The notes under the pieces are model-generated. The model did not search any database, was not told the origin of the DNA, and saw only the letters and a program-made list of their open reading frames with translations. The position numbers and the translations under genes are program-made. Positions 1-11,773 of a stretch of 64,000 nt of DNA are shown here, in pieces (position 1 is the stretch's first letter; each line of letters begins with the position of its first letter). Source of the DNA: a virus (Duplodnaviria > Heunggongvirae > Uroviricota > Caudoviricetes); IMG/VR virus record IMGVR_UViG_3300032245_000624; one strand, 5' to 3'.

Positions 1-1598
1 ACCGCTGCCTACTCCAGTTGCAACTGCGGTAGAGTTACTGGCAATCATTCCAGCGGCGTTGATGTTTTTAGCAACACCTAACCCGCCACTAACAACAAAC
101 GAACCAACAGTTGGTGCAGTAGATTCTGCAACAGAAGTCAATCCCATTGAACCACCAACGTTCAAGTTACCGCCAATACCAAGTCCGCCGGCAACAACCA
201 TGGAACCAGTTGTGGACGAATTACTGTCACTGGCCAATGAAACAGTCAGTGCTTTGTTTATTACCAATCGTTGACCACCACCTAGTGTGCCAACAGGATC
301 AGTGTGGAAGTATTCAATGTTAGCGTTTACGTTGTCAATGCTGATACCACCACCATTGGCTAGTGTACCAGTGGTTGCGCCTTTTGCAACAACAATCTGT
401 TTGTCTACAATGTTTAATACACTGGACTCGATGATTGCTGTAGCACCCTTAACATCCAAATTACCAAAAATTGTAACACCTTGGCTGCTGTCAATGACCA
501 TGGCTGGCTGAAGACCAGCGATACCATCTCTCTTGGTAGCAATTACAACATTACCACCAAGACCTGCGGTTGTATTAGTTCCGTTTGCATAAAACTGTAC
601 AGAGCCAAGTTGTTGGAATGCGCTGATGCCAACACCGGCACCAGCAAAGCCCATGGCATTATAGTAACCAATCAAGTCGCCATTGGCCACTCGCTCGGTG
701 TCACCTAGGGTAACTGCTACACCAGCAGTTGGGTCTGTTACTCTTGAGCGAGAAACTGTGTAACCTGCGCTCTTGAGGTTGGCTGAATTATTGTCACCGT
801 CTTCACTGCTTAGGTACGAAGTAACGGCACCACGTATGCTTAATGTATCTAGTCCGCTCTTGATACCATCAATGGTGTCAGACACAGAAAATATGTTACC
901 CCAGCCTAGTTTTAAGCTAGGTGTTTCATAACCTGTTTCATGCCCAGTGCCTGAAAGACCAGCACCAATGTTGGTAAAATAAAAATTAGGATCACGGAAT
1001 ACTGGATTACCTTTTGTGAGCTCTCTTACGAATACTGTTTGTCCTGAATCAGTACTGGAGAATTCAAAAATATAATTCCCTGTTTCGCCAAATGTAATTT
1101 CGTAACTGCCGGACTTGTTGCGTAGACCGGGGATAGCACTCAAGTCGGTTACAATGCTACTTGGCAGTTGCATTTTGTGTGTCAATGATGATACAGTAAC
1201 GTATACCAATACCCTTGACCATTGTAAGCTGGTTGGCCAGTTTTTAATAACTGAGTTAATACTAATAGTGTCAGATGTATAAATCTTATGCACGTTACCA
1301 AGAGCTAGGTCCAGTACAATGTCGCCTGAAGTAATACCCCAGTCGTACAAGGTTTCTGAATAGTTCTTTAACTGTACATTTTTGATCTGACTGCCCAAAA
1401 AGTTGTTGTCTAAGCTCAGGCCTGTCAGGGCAGATTTTAGAACAGCTTTGGACTGTAAATCTTCAACTTCTGTTTTGATAAACGTAAAGTTGTTGCGAAT
1501 ATTGGTAAAATTGTCGCGAAAACCTTGACTGTCATTGTCTTGGCCCGCAATCGGGAAATTACCGTTAATGTTTGATGGATTGACTAAACTTGCCATTA
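1..1598 (-). CDS. Tail fibre-like structural protein, C-terminally truncated by the window edge (start ATG at 1598-1596)
   Basis: Open minus frame runs from the ATG at 1598 to position 1. It is Gly/Asn/Thr-rich. The N-terminus (MASLVNPSNINGNFPIAGQDNDSQGFRDNFTNIRNNF) shares a module with the fibre genes at 11738 and 18553. Confidence 0.55.
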
Positions 1599-4500
1599 TG
1601 AATAAACTCCGGTCTGTGGAAACTTCAAGTATTTATCATAAGCGTCCGTATCGCTTACGTAAGCATCTCGAGGACTGCTAAATCTTGTGCTATTTGTATC
1701 AAACACAGTTGATGTGGTGCTAGCATTTAACTGTGTGGTTAATTGTGTATAGGTTGGAACGGTTTTTCCTGCCTGAATTGTGGGATTATATACCAACTTA
1801 TTGCCTTCTTCGATTACTGTAACGATTTGAGTTAGCTGTATTTGACGTACAAAATTCAATGATACAATATTGTTCTCATCAATATTTACTTGCCAAATAC
1901 CAGCACGTTTATTTGATATTGAGCCGTCAAGTTGGTTCTCAGTGAATCCTGGAACCACAGTATAGTTATCAAATAATCCAGCATCAAAACTAGCTTGTAA
2001 TTCAGCGGCGCCAAATGGAGTGGTATACAAGTTCCAGCCTTCATTGCTAAATTCACTGCCTCGGAACTGCGATGAGTCAAATCCTTCTTGCTGGGCAAAA
2101 ATCAGCTCATCGCCTTCTTCTACACCGTACCCTAGAACTTTTAGATCAGCAAGAGTTCTGTTATTGAACAATTCAAATGTAATGCCTCTAATAGCCCAAC
2201 GCACCGTGAAGTTACTGCTTTGGACTAAAATTGTACCCTTTACACCGACTGCTACTGGTTTTGCAGGCTGATGATTGATTGCTAACAGTGCAGTCTTGGT
2301 GTTACTGTCTCGACGATACCATTCGGTACCACTTTCACTGTCTAATATTGTGCCATTGTTGCCTACAGCAACATACTGGTTGTTTACATAGGTAACATCA
2401 TTGAGTGTGTCTGTAACACCACTGTCATATGATATCCATTCATCCCTGTCAGTGCTTAACAGCACTGTGCCTTTTTGCCCAACAGCAATCCATTGGCCTC
2501 CGGTGTATCGAACAGCCTTTAGATCTAATGTGGTAGGGGAATTGATGCGAGTCCATGTATTTCCATCTTGGCTTTCAATTATAAAACCGTTGTCGCCAAC
2601 TGCTACAAAGTATCCATCGTGATAGTCAATACTCTGCAAAATACCGCGAGCAGGAGTACCAATTGGTGGAGACCAATCACGTAAATTAGTTGATCTTGTT
2701 GCAACCCCTTCGCTTCCCACAGCTACATAATATGCACCGCCTTTGACAACAGCATATAGGTCACCATATGGAGTAGCTGTGATTTGTGTCCAGTTACCTT
2801 GGTCGTCTCTAGATACAACTAGTCCTCGACCACCAACTGCGACCCAAACACCTGAAGCATAGGTAATCCCGTTGAGCTCATTGGTGGCTAGGCCAAATCG
2901 CACTGCATCATCAAAGCCAATTTTAAGATCAGTTTTTAACGGCGAGCTTAGTGTTACACTGGTTGCAGTCTTGCTGGTAACAATAGTGCCAGGATAAACC
3001 ACATCATCCAAACGCATGGTCAACGAAGCTGGTGTGAGCAAGTTGATTATATCGCCGGGGTTGACTGACTGAACTGCGGTGTTCAAGAATACTCTGTTGT
3101 TTGCATATTTTCCAATTACTTGCACTCGGTCATTGAGAACAATGTTAGCACTGGTTACACGGTCATTGAGATAAATTTTGTCAATGTCGCTTACTGTCAA
3201 GCTGGTTATCTGTGCAGAGGATGTTGCTGTATTACTCCAGATAATCTCTGAAGTGATTGCACTAACCGTTCTAATAGGATTACCATACTTGGCATTCTGT
3301 ATAGCAACACTATCACCGTCGCTTACAATGTTTACGTTACTGTCAATAACAGGTCCTACTAGAATTGAGTTATTGCCGGTGAACTTGGTAATCACAGTTG
3401 TTTTATAATCAATGCTAATATTAGATGCAGTGACATAATCATTGACATTAACATTGGTCAAACTATCCAATGCAATCAGCATGGTGTTAGCAGACCCAAT
3501 AATATAAGAGCTATCTCCGGCCGCAGTTTTGACTTCTTGTGTTACTCCAACTGATGCGAATGAAACTTGAATATGTGTATTTGATCCAATGGACTCCACA
3601 GTGGTTATAACACTGTCTTTAGGGAGACTATTTGCATTAACAGTCATGCCAACAAATGGCCTGATACCCACAATATCTGCACTTGGTACAGTGATGTTTG
3701 CACTAGTGCCGGGATAATAGATGTCATTCCAGGAAGCAGAATCCAAGCTCACTGTTTCTTTTGACTCGCCGTATACAACACTACCAATACCAATTCGTTC
3801 AGTACTACTGAAATTGATCACAGTATCGTTTATTAAACTATCAGCTGTGATAACATTCTTAAAGAAAACTTCAAGTCCTTGAGGGTACTGTGTAGGAATA
3901 GACTGATTTAAATTTACAACAGTGTATAAAGATTGTACTCTTGTGCCTACTGCAATGTTACTCAGTGTAACAGCCCATCCACTCTTTACATTTCCGTTAG
4001 AGGCAAATACCAATGAACTAGTCCCGGCATTTGCCACAGAAGTGGTTATCAATGATACCACATTACCTGATAGATCATCAAATGTTACGCTGGTGCCTGA
4101 AGGAATAGCATTGCTCAAGGGTTTGGTTAATGTAATGGTGTTCACACCAACTACAGATGTTGCACAAGCATTTGCTGTGTCAATGCCCTTGATCTGCATG
4201 GTGTAACCACGAGACAGTGTAGCAATGTTGGCAAAAACCATGTTAGAGTTTCCAGTAGTCACAGTCTGCGCCAATGGTAAACTAAATCTAGTGCCAGTGA
4301 ATGTAATGAATTCAATTTGTGTTCCAGCCGGAACAGTGCCAACAACAGCCTCACTAGGAGTTATATAATAGCCCACTGAAGTAATATAGGTTTCTGGAGT
4401 ATAACTGTATGCCACAGTATAAACATCGTGATCAACTAGTTTATCCCCTGCTGAAAAGTCAGTACCATATGGGAACACCAATGCAGTTGACAGAAAAGAT

Positions 4501-7079
4501 GCTGTGTTGGCTAATGCGGCTTTGTATGACAATTGAGCGTATTGCTTGGCGCGAGTCCATGTTTCTCCGCTGCCGCTGGTAATAATAACAGAATTTTGTC
4601 CCACAGCAATGTATTCGTTATTGCCATAATCAATTGAACTAATTTGTTCTGTTACGTCAACATCTTGCGCTACCCATGGCCCTCTATCAATTTTACCAAT
4701 GCTTGGAATACGATCAAATGAAGTTGTTCTAGCACGAGCAAATTTTTCAGTATCAACATTGTAGTTCAATGTCATTGAGCGATCTAGTCTATAACGATCT
4801 GCTATAAACGAATATTGATTGATCAGTGCGTTAACGCCAAAGCCTGAAGTTGTTTGATTGGTCACATATCTAAATGCCAGTTGCTTACCGTAGCCTGGCT
4901 TACAGTAGGCCAATACCACTGCACGAGTGAATCCCAATGCCTGGCCGGTGTCGGGTTGAACACTTTCCATCCACTCAGGCAAGGCACCCTGGAACTCGTA
5001 GCCGATGCCTTGAATAAGTTCTTCGGTCATGTTACCAAAACTGTTTGAGCCACTTAAACTGGTTCCAGTAGTCAATGATTCAACTACAGTTCCGTAATCT
5101 TCGGCTGTGGTAACAAGTTCTCCTAGTTCAATTAAATCAACTGCACTGGTAGCAACGTTTCCTACACTACCGCGTTCTTCATAGCGAGACAGTGTGGCTT
5201 GTTTGCGACCACTACCGGCTGTGTTTTTAGCAGTGTTGTTGTAGTCGTTTACTTCAAAATAAACTACTTCGTACTTGGGATTATAATTTTCATCCAGTGC
5301 CACTGCCCACTTTAGATCATTGAATGTGATTTCTTTGTCTTTGTGGAATAGCACCATGTTCTGAATATACTCAGCTGGTGTGTTTGGTCTAAGTCCTACC
5401 ATGGCCAGGAACTTAAAGTCTTTGGGAATTCCAAACCACGGGTCGTCTGAGCGATAGATAACTTCTGTACCATCACCAATGGTGCTCACGCTGGATAACG
5501 CTGTACGGAATGTATCTCGCAGACGCTGTGGTAAGAATGCAGGGATATATAGATTTTCAAATGGTTTCTTATTAACATTACGAACAGTTAGAGTAAACTG
5601 TTTGAAGCCGTATATGTAACCATCTTCTGTTTCTGCGGTAACAGTAAATGTATAGAATGAATCAAATGTGGTTTTACCTAGATCAGTGGTTACTAGTCTA
5701 GCTTGTCGATCCATACTGAAATAATCAAATGTAGTACGACCTGCAATGTGTCCGGTGCTGAGTAGACTCAAGCCCTGCGGTAAACGACTGTACTCTCCAG
5801 ACCTGATGCTGTACTTTAATGGCAAGTCAACAGGCATGCCAGCTTTTAACACATGTGCTCTTATGTCCAAGGTGCTGATTCGCCCGTTATCAATGATACC
5901 AAGATTGGCCGCGGTATCCCACTCAATCATATCATTGACACTGTCAAGTATGTTTAGTTTAAATTGTACCGGGCGACTTTCGCGCACACTAACAGCAGTG
6001 GCACTGATAGGAACTTCTATATAGGCCACAACCTGGAACGTATACACATTGTTTCGAGCAAGTACTTCACCGATGGTTCCCGTTAACCATCCTGTTTCTT
6101 TGTCTAGTACTAGTCCGTTTGGTAAATTAAGATCGTCTTGATCGTAGCCAACAGTGTCAAATGGGATACCCATTTGATCAAAAGTTTCTCCATTGGAGTA
6201 ACTGCCTGGGTATGTGCGCCACTTGACCTTGACATTGGGATTTGGGTAGTAGTAATTAAATTTAAATGCGTAGTTTCTATTAGAACGCACTGGTACAAGA
6301 TCTGTTGGATCAGTTATCACCACTGGGTAAGTATAACCGTCTTGGTCAACTGTGAATTCTGAATCTGCTGTGATAGCAGAATTGTCAATTAAGAAATAGC
6401 TCTTGGCTGTGATTGTGATCTGATATTGTTTGTCTGTGTATAATATACCATCAAACAAACGCACTCGGAACTGATAGCTACGAGTAAGAGTAGCACCTTC
6501 AAAGTCCCAAGAATAGATATCATAGTCACCTACATCCCATGCGGCTGAGCCAGCAGGGCCACCAACCGGGGGTGCAAGTGCATAGCCTTGTATGATACCT
6601 TCTTGTGTAAGCTCAAGGCCAGCTGGTAATTTACCCGAAGCAATGCTCCATACCAAGCTGGATCCAGCGTTGGTGTCTGCATACAGTAGTCGAATTTTAA
6701 CTAGATCACTGTCATAGTATGCGCCAAGATCTTCTACGCCAAGTAACTGCGGTGGAATAATACTGTTGATGCGAATTGTAAATGTTCTGTCGGCCAATTG
6801 TCCACGTGCGTTGCTTGCACGTATTGTAAATGTAAACGGTCGCGCTGTGTCGGTGCCAGCTTCAAGAACGTTGGGAATGCCGTAGAGTCTTCCGTCCTGA
6901 TATAGTTGCACACCAGGAGGGAGTTTTCCAGTAATAACACGGAATATTAAAGCACCAGTGGCTGGGTTATTAGCCTGTAGATTCAGACTGAACTCTAAAC
7001 CTTCAGCGTAAGTGCCTAGGTCACCAGCTGGTGTTACCCAGCTGATTTTTCCACTTATTGTTGTACCATTAGTTGCCAT
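1596..7079 (-). CDS. Large virion structural protein (1827 aa) with BNR/Asp-box (S-x-D-x-G-x-T-W) repeats, likely a fibre or receptor-binding propeller
   Basis: Long ORF with repeated motifs SGSGETWTR, SRDDQGNWTQ, SQDGNTWTR, STDRDEW and SESGTEWYR, typical of sialidase-like beta-propellers. Confidence 0.75.
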   Translation of the reverse strand: MATNGTTISGKISWVTPAGDLGTYAEGLEFSLNLQANNPATGALIFRVITGKLPPGVQLYQDGRLYGIPNVLEAGTDTARPFTFTIRASNARGQLADRTFTIRINSIIPPQLLGVEDLGAYYDSDLVKIRLLYADTNAGSSLVWSIASGKLPAGLELTQEGIIQGYALAPPVGGPAGSAAWDVGDYDIYSWDFEGATLTRSYQFRVRLFDGILYTDKQYQITITAKSYFLIDNSAITADSEFTVDQDGYTYPVVITDPTDLVPVRSNRNYAFKFNYYYPNPNVKVKWRTYPGSYSNGETFDQMGIPFDTVGYDQDDLNLPNGLVLDKETGWLTGTIGEVLARNNVYTFQVVAYIEVPISATAVSVRESRPVQFKLNILDSVNDMIEWDTAANLGIIDNGRISTLDIRAHVLKAGMPVDLPLKYSIRSGEYSRLPQGLSLLSTGHIAGRTTFDYFSMDRQARLVTTDLGKTTFDSFYTFTVTAETEDGYIYGFKQFTLTVRNVNKKPFENLYIPAFLPQRLRDTFRTALSSVSTIGDGTEVIYRSDDPWFGIPKDFKFLAMVGLRPNTPAEYIQNMVLFHKDKEITFNDLKWAVALDENYNPKYEVVYFEVNDYNNTAKNTAGSGRKQATLSRYEERGSVGNVATSAVDLIELGELVTTAEDYGTVVESLTTGTSLSGSNSFGNMTEELIQGIGYEFQGALPEWMESVQPDTGQALGFTRAVVLAYCKPGYGKQLAFRYVTNQTTSGFGVNALINQYSFIADRYRLDRSMTLNYNVDTEKFARARTTSFDRIPSIGKIDRGPWVAQDVDVTEQISSIDYGNNEYIAVGQNSVIITSGSGETWTRAKQYAQLSYKAALANTASFLSTALVFPYGTDFSAGDKLVDHDVYTVAYSYTPETYITSVGYYITPSEAVVGTVPAGTQIEFITFTGTRFSLPLAQTVTTGNSNMVFANIATLSRGYTMQIKGIDTANACATSVVGVNTITLTKPLSNAIPSGTSVTFDDLSGNVVSLITTSVANAGTSSLVFASNGNVKSGWAVTLSNIAVGTRVQSLYTVVNLNQSIPTQYPQGLEVFFKNVITADSLINDTVINFSSTERIGIGSVVYGESKETVSLDSASWNDIYYPGTSANITVPSADIVGIRPFVGMTVNANSLPKDSVITTVESIGSNTHIQVSFASVGVTQEVKTAAGDSSYIIGSANTMLIALDSLTNVNVNDYVTASNISIDYKTTVITKFTGNNSILVGPVIDSNVNIVSDGDSVAIQNAKYGNPIRTVSAITSEIIWSNTATSSAQITSLTVSDIDKIYLNDRVTSANIVLNDRVQVIGKYANNRVFLNTAVQSVNPGDIINLLTPASLTMRLDDVVYPGTIVTSKTATSVTLSSPLKTDLKIGFDDAVRFGLATNELNGITYASGVWVAVGGRGLVVSRDDQGNWTQITATPYGDLYAVVKGGAYYVAVGSEGVATRSTNLRDWSPPIGTPARGILQSIDYHDGYFVAVGDNGFIIESQDGNTWTRINSPTTLDLKAVRYTGGQWIAVGQKGTVLLSTDRDEWISYDSGVTDTLNDVTYVNNQYVAVGNNGTILDSESGTEWYRRDSNTKTALLAINHQPAKPVAVGVKGTILVQSSNFTVRWAIRGITFELFNNRTLADLKVLGYGVEEGDELIFAQQEGFDSSQFRGSEFSNEGWNLYTTPFGAAELQASFDAGLFDNYTVVPGFTENQLDGSISNKRAGIWQVNIDENNIVSLNFVRQIQLTQIVTVIEEGNKLVYNPTIQAGKTVPTYTQLTTQLNASTTSTVFDTNSTRFSSPRDAYVSDTDAYDKYLKFPQTGVYS

Positions 7080-7124
7080 TATTGATCCACTTTTATGTAT
7101 TTAGTGGAGTAGCAATAAACGGTT

Positions 7125-10100
7125 TTACGCTTGAGCTTCTGCCCAACGTAGAGTCACAACTGAATTGCCCAGGAACGTAGTGGCAGGAAACGCCACGTTT
7201 GGACTTAATCTTAGGTTGATATACAAAGTATCAGATCCATTAGGGAAAGTACCTGTACCACCAATAGCACTTTGAGTAAGTTCTTTTACACCAAGTAAAG
7301 ACAGTTTGCCTTCTTGCCCTGGGGTAACCACGAATTCAAACAGTTTTTCGCCGCCGCTTGCAAATTGTCCGCTAGTAATAGTACCAGCTGGAGATCCTGG
7401 AATTGCGTTACCATTGGTATCATACGCAACAGTAAATGTTGGAGCTACCGCAACCTGTGTGAAGCTTGGCTGGCTACCCAGTGCAACTTGGTTTAGTGCC
7501 TGCCATGTTTCGCCTGGATAATAGTTACCGGGGTTTAGAATACCTTGCACTAGCACATGAGTGTTGGCTAGTACACTGGTTGACCCAGTAGCTTGATATG
7601 GTAAATTCAGTGAGATGTCTTGCAAAAGAATCTGCGCTCTGTTTAGTAGATCACGGAAACCAAGATCACCAATAACACCATGACTCACACTTGGTGCTAG
7701 TCTAATACCAAAACACGCAGTGGTATTAGATGTAATACTTAGGTTGCCTGTGTAGTTAAAACTGTAACCACGGTCGAAGTCAAAACCACCGTCCATGATA
7801 TACGAACTACCCCAGTGACTAATGTTCACAGTAGAAGTACAACTGACTAATTCTACGCCGGCACCAATATTATGCACTGAGGCATTTGCTCCTTGGAATT
7901 GACGATATGAACCACCAATATACACATTAGCCACTGCTTGACGAGTACACCCAGTTAACAGTGCAGGTACGTTGGTAGTGTTGATTCCGCTGTATCTAAT
8001 AAGTTCATTGTCGATGTATACAAATCCTGAACTTGGAAAAAATGTTGAATCAGTAATAGCAATAGTAGTATCGCCTGGTTGTACCGCAGAACCCGCGGTA
8101 CTAACACTGGTTACACCATTGGCCGCTTCGTTGTTAACTTCATATCGCACCGGCAAGTTAGCAGAGCGCATGGATGCAGTTGGGTTTACGTTGTTTTGTT
8201 TTATACGATGCAGGATAATAAAGTTTGCATCTGGTCCACGTACCATAAAGTCCATAAAACCAGCACCGTACCAGCTGAACTGAATACCAACCATCTGCAT
8301 GTGGTTTGGATCCATTTTGTAACCGCTTGGATTGTTAATATCTCCGGAGCCGTCTACAGTATCCATGTTAAAGTCTTTTTGTTGTATGCGTAGTTCATCA
8401 ACACGCCACACATAGTTGTTGGAAATAGATACGTTACCACGGAAGTCTGGCGCTACAGAAATCTGAGAATCACTGTTAATAAATGTAACACGATGCACCA
8501 TGCCTTTGAGTACCAGCTTGTCACCAATCTTTAATTGTTGTGTGTAAAGGCTGTTGGTGCCGTTGACAAAGTTGCTGTTAGGCGAGAAGCCGTGTGTTCC
8601 AGCAATTTGGCTGGTTGAAGTACGCTTACACACATTAAAACTTAGCCCGTCATATTCAAAGAACATACCATTGGCATCATCGTGCGGGCCTGTACGTATA
8701 CAAGCACCGTGCCAGTTGGTTACAAATAATTTTGGCAATGAAGTTAGTGCGCCAGTAGCTGAAGCCATTCCAACTCCGTTGTTTTGTGCAATACGAATGG
8801 TAACATCATCTTCAACCGTTAACACAGTGAATGTGCCATCATAGCCTGCGGTAGCAACACCACGAACACGCACTGTTGCACCAATTTGTAAACCATGTGG
8901 AACTTGTGTTTGAATACGTATGATACCATTGGCGGTGGTATTACCGTCCTCGGCAGTGATAGAATAGATATCATAGTTAGGAGCAAACATCACACCAGTG
9001 GTGTATAACATGCCCTTACCAGACTGATATCGGAAGTATTTTTTACTCTGACGAATAGTTGTTGCTCCGTGGATTGGAGAACCAGTGCCAAAGATAACAC
9101 CGCCATCGCCTGGTCTGTGCATGGTAAATCCATCATTGCGAGCATAGACAGATATTAAACTTGTACTGGTAGTGTATATGTTGCCAATGTTAGCACCACC
9201 TGCACCCCATACGCTGGCACGGGAGGTCATTTCATAGGTTAGTCCAGTTGGTGTTCCTGCTGAGGTTGCCAGTGCTGAACCACCTATTGATGCTGAAATT
9301 GTGAAACTACAGATTCCGTACAAGGAATAAGTAAGACCAGTTGGTGTTCCTGCGGTTGTTGTAATTGCTGTCCCACCAAAACTTGCAGACAATGTAAACG
9401 TTGTTGAGCCATTGGTAGCAATAATATAATAGTCTTTGGGATTTGTGTAGCCTGTAATAGTACCAGTTCCTCCCAGTGTGCCTGAGATTGTTAAACGTTG
9501 TCCAATATATAGTATTGAGTTAGCTGGAGCGGCGCACGTGAATTGCCCTGCTACGCCAGCAATAACAACAGTTGATAATGTGGTTGGTGCATACAATTGA
9601 GTGACTGGAGTGCCAATCAAATAATAAGTAGTTCCTGCAATATAGCCACCAAACGTACCAGTGCCTGTGGGTGTACCACTAATTTTCAAAGGCATGCCAG
9701 CGTACAATGTGGTCTGAGGTGCTTCCGCTTGCAGTGTACCAGAACTACCAGTGATTATCAGTGATGTTAGGTTTGTACTTGAAACTGTTGGGTTGATCTG
9801 CCCTCGCGCTTGAATAGTAATACGATAAGGATCATTGATAACATTGGCAAAGTAAGATCCGGATAAGGTTTGAGTTGTTATGTTTCCACCCCAGTTTGGG
9901 TTGTTGTTGATAACCAGTGGAAACCCAGGAGTCATTCCGTGCGGGGTGGCAAAAGTCAATACTAATTTGCTTGGATTGCCTTTATCTGTGTCAACCCAGG
10001 TAATTGGCAATGATGCTCCAGAATATATACCAGCACGACGAACGCTGGTTCTTGGAGTATCAATACTGGTCACTGTGGATCCTACCTGTCCTTTAGCAAA

Positions 10101-10835
10101 ATATGTAAAGAAATTGGCGTTGGCGGAAAATACCAAAAAGGATCCTTGAGCACGACTATAGCCAGTGGTGTTAATATCCAACTGCTGAACTGTGACAGGA
10201 CTACCAGCATTAAAACCGTGTGCAACTGAAAATACTGTGATAAGACTGATTGCATTGCCTTGTGTGACCACGTTACCAATGATAAGGTCTGGTGCTACCA
10301 GTTCGTAAATGCTAGGAACTTTGTTTACCAGTTCGTAGCCTTGCCACTTGGTAGGTTGCAATCCGTATTCAAAGTCAGCGTCAATCAGTGCCTGAGGAGC
10401 GGCAATACGAGTACGTTCAATGGCATCTGTACCAAAGTCGTTCCATGGACGAACCATTTGATATTGCTCTTCAACTAGAATACTCAATGAATCGTCGGCT
10501 GAATGACCATCTGCAAGTGCTGACTGGAGTGTGAAGGTTGTTTCACCAATGCCAGAAACAGAAGATTGAATAAGTGCAGTGCCATCATTACCAAAAATAT
10601 CTTTACCGTAGGTAACAACAGTGGTGTCAGAGGCGTTGGTTGGAACGTATCCAGGTTTGAAACTAACAGTTACTGGAGTATTAGCAACGTCAGCAAAGTT
10701 AAAGTAAATAACACCTCTGGTTACGTTAACTACTAACAGAAGTTTTTCCAGGGTGTGTTTTCCTGGAACAACAATGTTTGCTACTCCTGCGCCACCGGGA
10801 GTAAAATAATATTTTTTAATTTGCTTTTTTGCCAT
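7125..10835 (-). CDS. Virion structural protein (1236 aa), tail or fibre associated
   Basis: Long ORF, Gly/Thr/Ser-rich, with an internal duplication (AGTPTGLTY occurs twice). It sits between fibre genes. Confidence 0.7.
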   Translation of the reverse strand: MAKKQIKKYYFTPGGAGVANIVVPGKHTLEKLLLVVNVTRGVIYFNFADVANTPVTVSFKPGYVPTNASDTTVVTYGKDIFGNDGTALIQSSVSGIGETTFTLQSALADGHSADDSLSILVEEQYQMVRPWNDFGTDAIERTRIAAPQALIDADFEYGLQPTKWQGYELVNKVPSIYELVAPDLIIGNVVTQGNAISLITVFSVAHGFNAGSPVTVQQLDINTTGYSRAQGSFLVFSANANFFTYFAKGQVGSTVTSIDTPRTSVRRAGIYSGASLPITWVDTDKGNPSKLVLTFATPHGMTPGFPLVINNNPNWGGNITTQTLSGSYFANVINDPYRITIQARGQINPTVSSTNLTSLIITGSSGTLQAEAPQTTLYAGMPLKISGTPTGTGTFGGYIAGTTYYLIGTPVTQLYAPTTLSTVVIAGVAGQFTCAAPANSILYIGQRLTISGTLGGTGTITGYTNPKDYYIIATNGSTTFTLSASFGGTAITTTAGTPTGLTYSLYGICSFTISASIGGSALATSAGTPTGLTYEMTSRASVWGAGGANIGNIYTTSTSLISVYARNDGFTMHRPGDGGVIFGTGSPIHGATTIRQSKKYFRYQSGKGMLYTTGVMFAPNYDIYSITAEDGNTTANGIIRIQTQVPHGLQIGATVRVRGVATAGYDGTFTVLTVEDDVTIRIAQNNGVGMASATGALTSLPKLFVTNWHGACIRTGPHDDANGMFFEYDGLSFNVCKRTSTSQIAGTHGFSPNSNFVNGTNSLYTQQLKIGDKLVLKGMVHRVTFINSDSQISVAPDFRGNVSISNNYVWRVDELRIQQKDFNMDTVDGSGDINNPSGYKMDPNHMQMVGIQFSWYGAGFMDFMVRGPDANFIILHRIKQNNVNPTASMRSANLPVRYEVNNEAANGVTSVSTAGSAVQPGDTTIAITDSTFFPSSGFVYIDNELIRYSGINTTNVPALLTGCTRQAVANVYIGGSYRQFQGANASVHNIGAGVELVSCTSTVNISHWGSSYIMDGGFDFDRGYSFNYTGNLSITSNTTACFGIRLAPSVSHGVIGDLGFRDLLNRAQILLQDISLNLPYQATGSTSVLANTHVLVQGILNPGNYYPGETWQALNQVALGSQPSFTQVAVAPTFTVAYDTNGNAIPGSPAGTITSGQFASGGEKLFEFVVTPGQEGKLSLLGVKELTQSAIGGTGTFPNGSDTLYINLRLSPNVAFPATTFLGNSVVTLRWAEAQA

Positions 10836-10847
10836 TTTTTAACCTTT

Positions 10848-11738
10848 TTATCCGCCTAGTGCCACTGCAAAAGCGGCAACAATACTATTTACGTAACCCT
10901 TGTTGGTCACATGAAAATTTGATGGTGATGAGCTCACTGTGATGTTTGCAAAATCACCAACCGCTGCTCTTATATTACCTGCAACAACATTGCCTGAATA
11001 AACAGCTTGTCCAGTGGATGAAATATTTCCTACATTCAAGTTAGCGGCAATCACGTTGCCTTGAGCTTCAATTGGCCCGGTGGTCAAACTGCCTGAGGAC
11101 ATTGCTCCGGTGACTGCTAGACTTACCAATGTTCCAACTTGTGTAATACGTGTCTGACTGGCAGTTCTAATAGAACCTACCAGATTCTGACCATTGAACC
11201 AACTTGCACCTACGTTTGCTGTTGCGCCAACACCAGCGGTGATATCACCCTGTGTTGAAGCTGTGCCGTTGATAGTTAACTGACCAGTGCTCACTGGACC
11301 ATTCAATGTTGCAGCCGGTGCATTTATAGATGCCGCACTTAAACTTTCAGATAGCGTTATGGTTTTTGCCCAAACATCTGATAGATATGAGTTTTTCTGT
11401 ACTGCAAGACCACCGGATATTATAACTGCACCAGTAGTGGTTGAAGAAGAACTATCCGGAAATGTAAATTCAGTTTTGCCGCTAACAATACCGCCACCAA
11501 AACTGGTTCCAACAGTTGCAATTTCCTTACCATTGAGCAAGAACAGACCAGTTAGTTGACTGGGTGTTGTGGAATTGATAGTGACATTACTAGTGACTAC
11601 CAGATTTGATGTTGTTAGATTCTGACGTGCCGCATCCAAAAACGCAAAGTTTAAATTGGTTTTATTAAAAGCATCGCGGATGGAATCACCTGTTCCATCA
11701 TTTGGAGAGCCACCAGTACCTATTGTTAAAATTGCCAT
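10848..11738 (-). CDS. Fibre protein (296 aa) carrying the conserved N-terminal fibre module
   Basis: N-terminus GTGDSIRDAFNKTNLNFAFL resembles the other fibre N-termini. The rest is Gly/Asn/Thr-rich. Confidence 0.6.
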   Translation of the reverse strand: MAILTIGTGGSPNDGTGDSIRDAFNKTNLNFAFLDAARQNLTTSNLVVTSNVTINSTTPSQLTGLFLLNGKEIATVGTSFGGGIVSGKTEFTFPDSSSSTTTGAVIISGGLAVQKNSYLSDVWAKTITLSESLSAASINAPAATLNGPVSTGQLTINGTASTQGDITAGVGATANVGASWFNGQNLVGSIRTASQTRITQVGTLVSLAVTGAMSSGSLTTGPIEAQGNVIAANLNVGNISSTGQAVYSGNVVAGNIRAAVGDFANITVSSSPSNFHVTNKGYVNSIVAAFAVALGG

Positions 11739-11773
11739 GTTCTATTCTCTTGTTTCATCTATTTATTGGGTTT

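Noticed and set aside
11739-11773. GGGTTTTTAAAACCC near-palindrome between fibre genes as a terminator
   Set aside because: The loop is too small and no U-tract follows. It may be a weak structure only.
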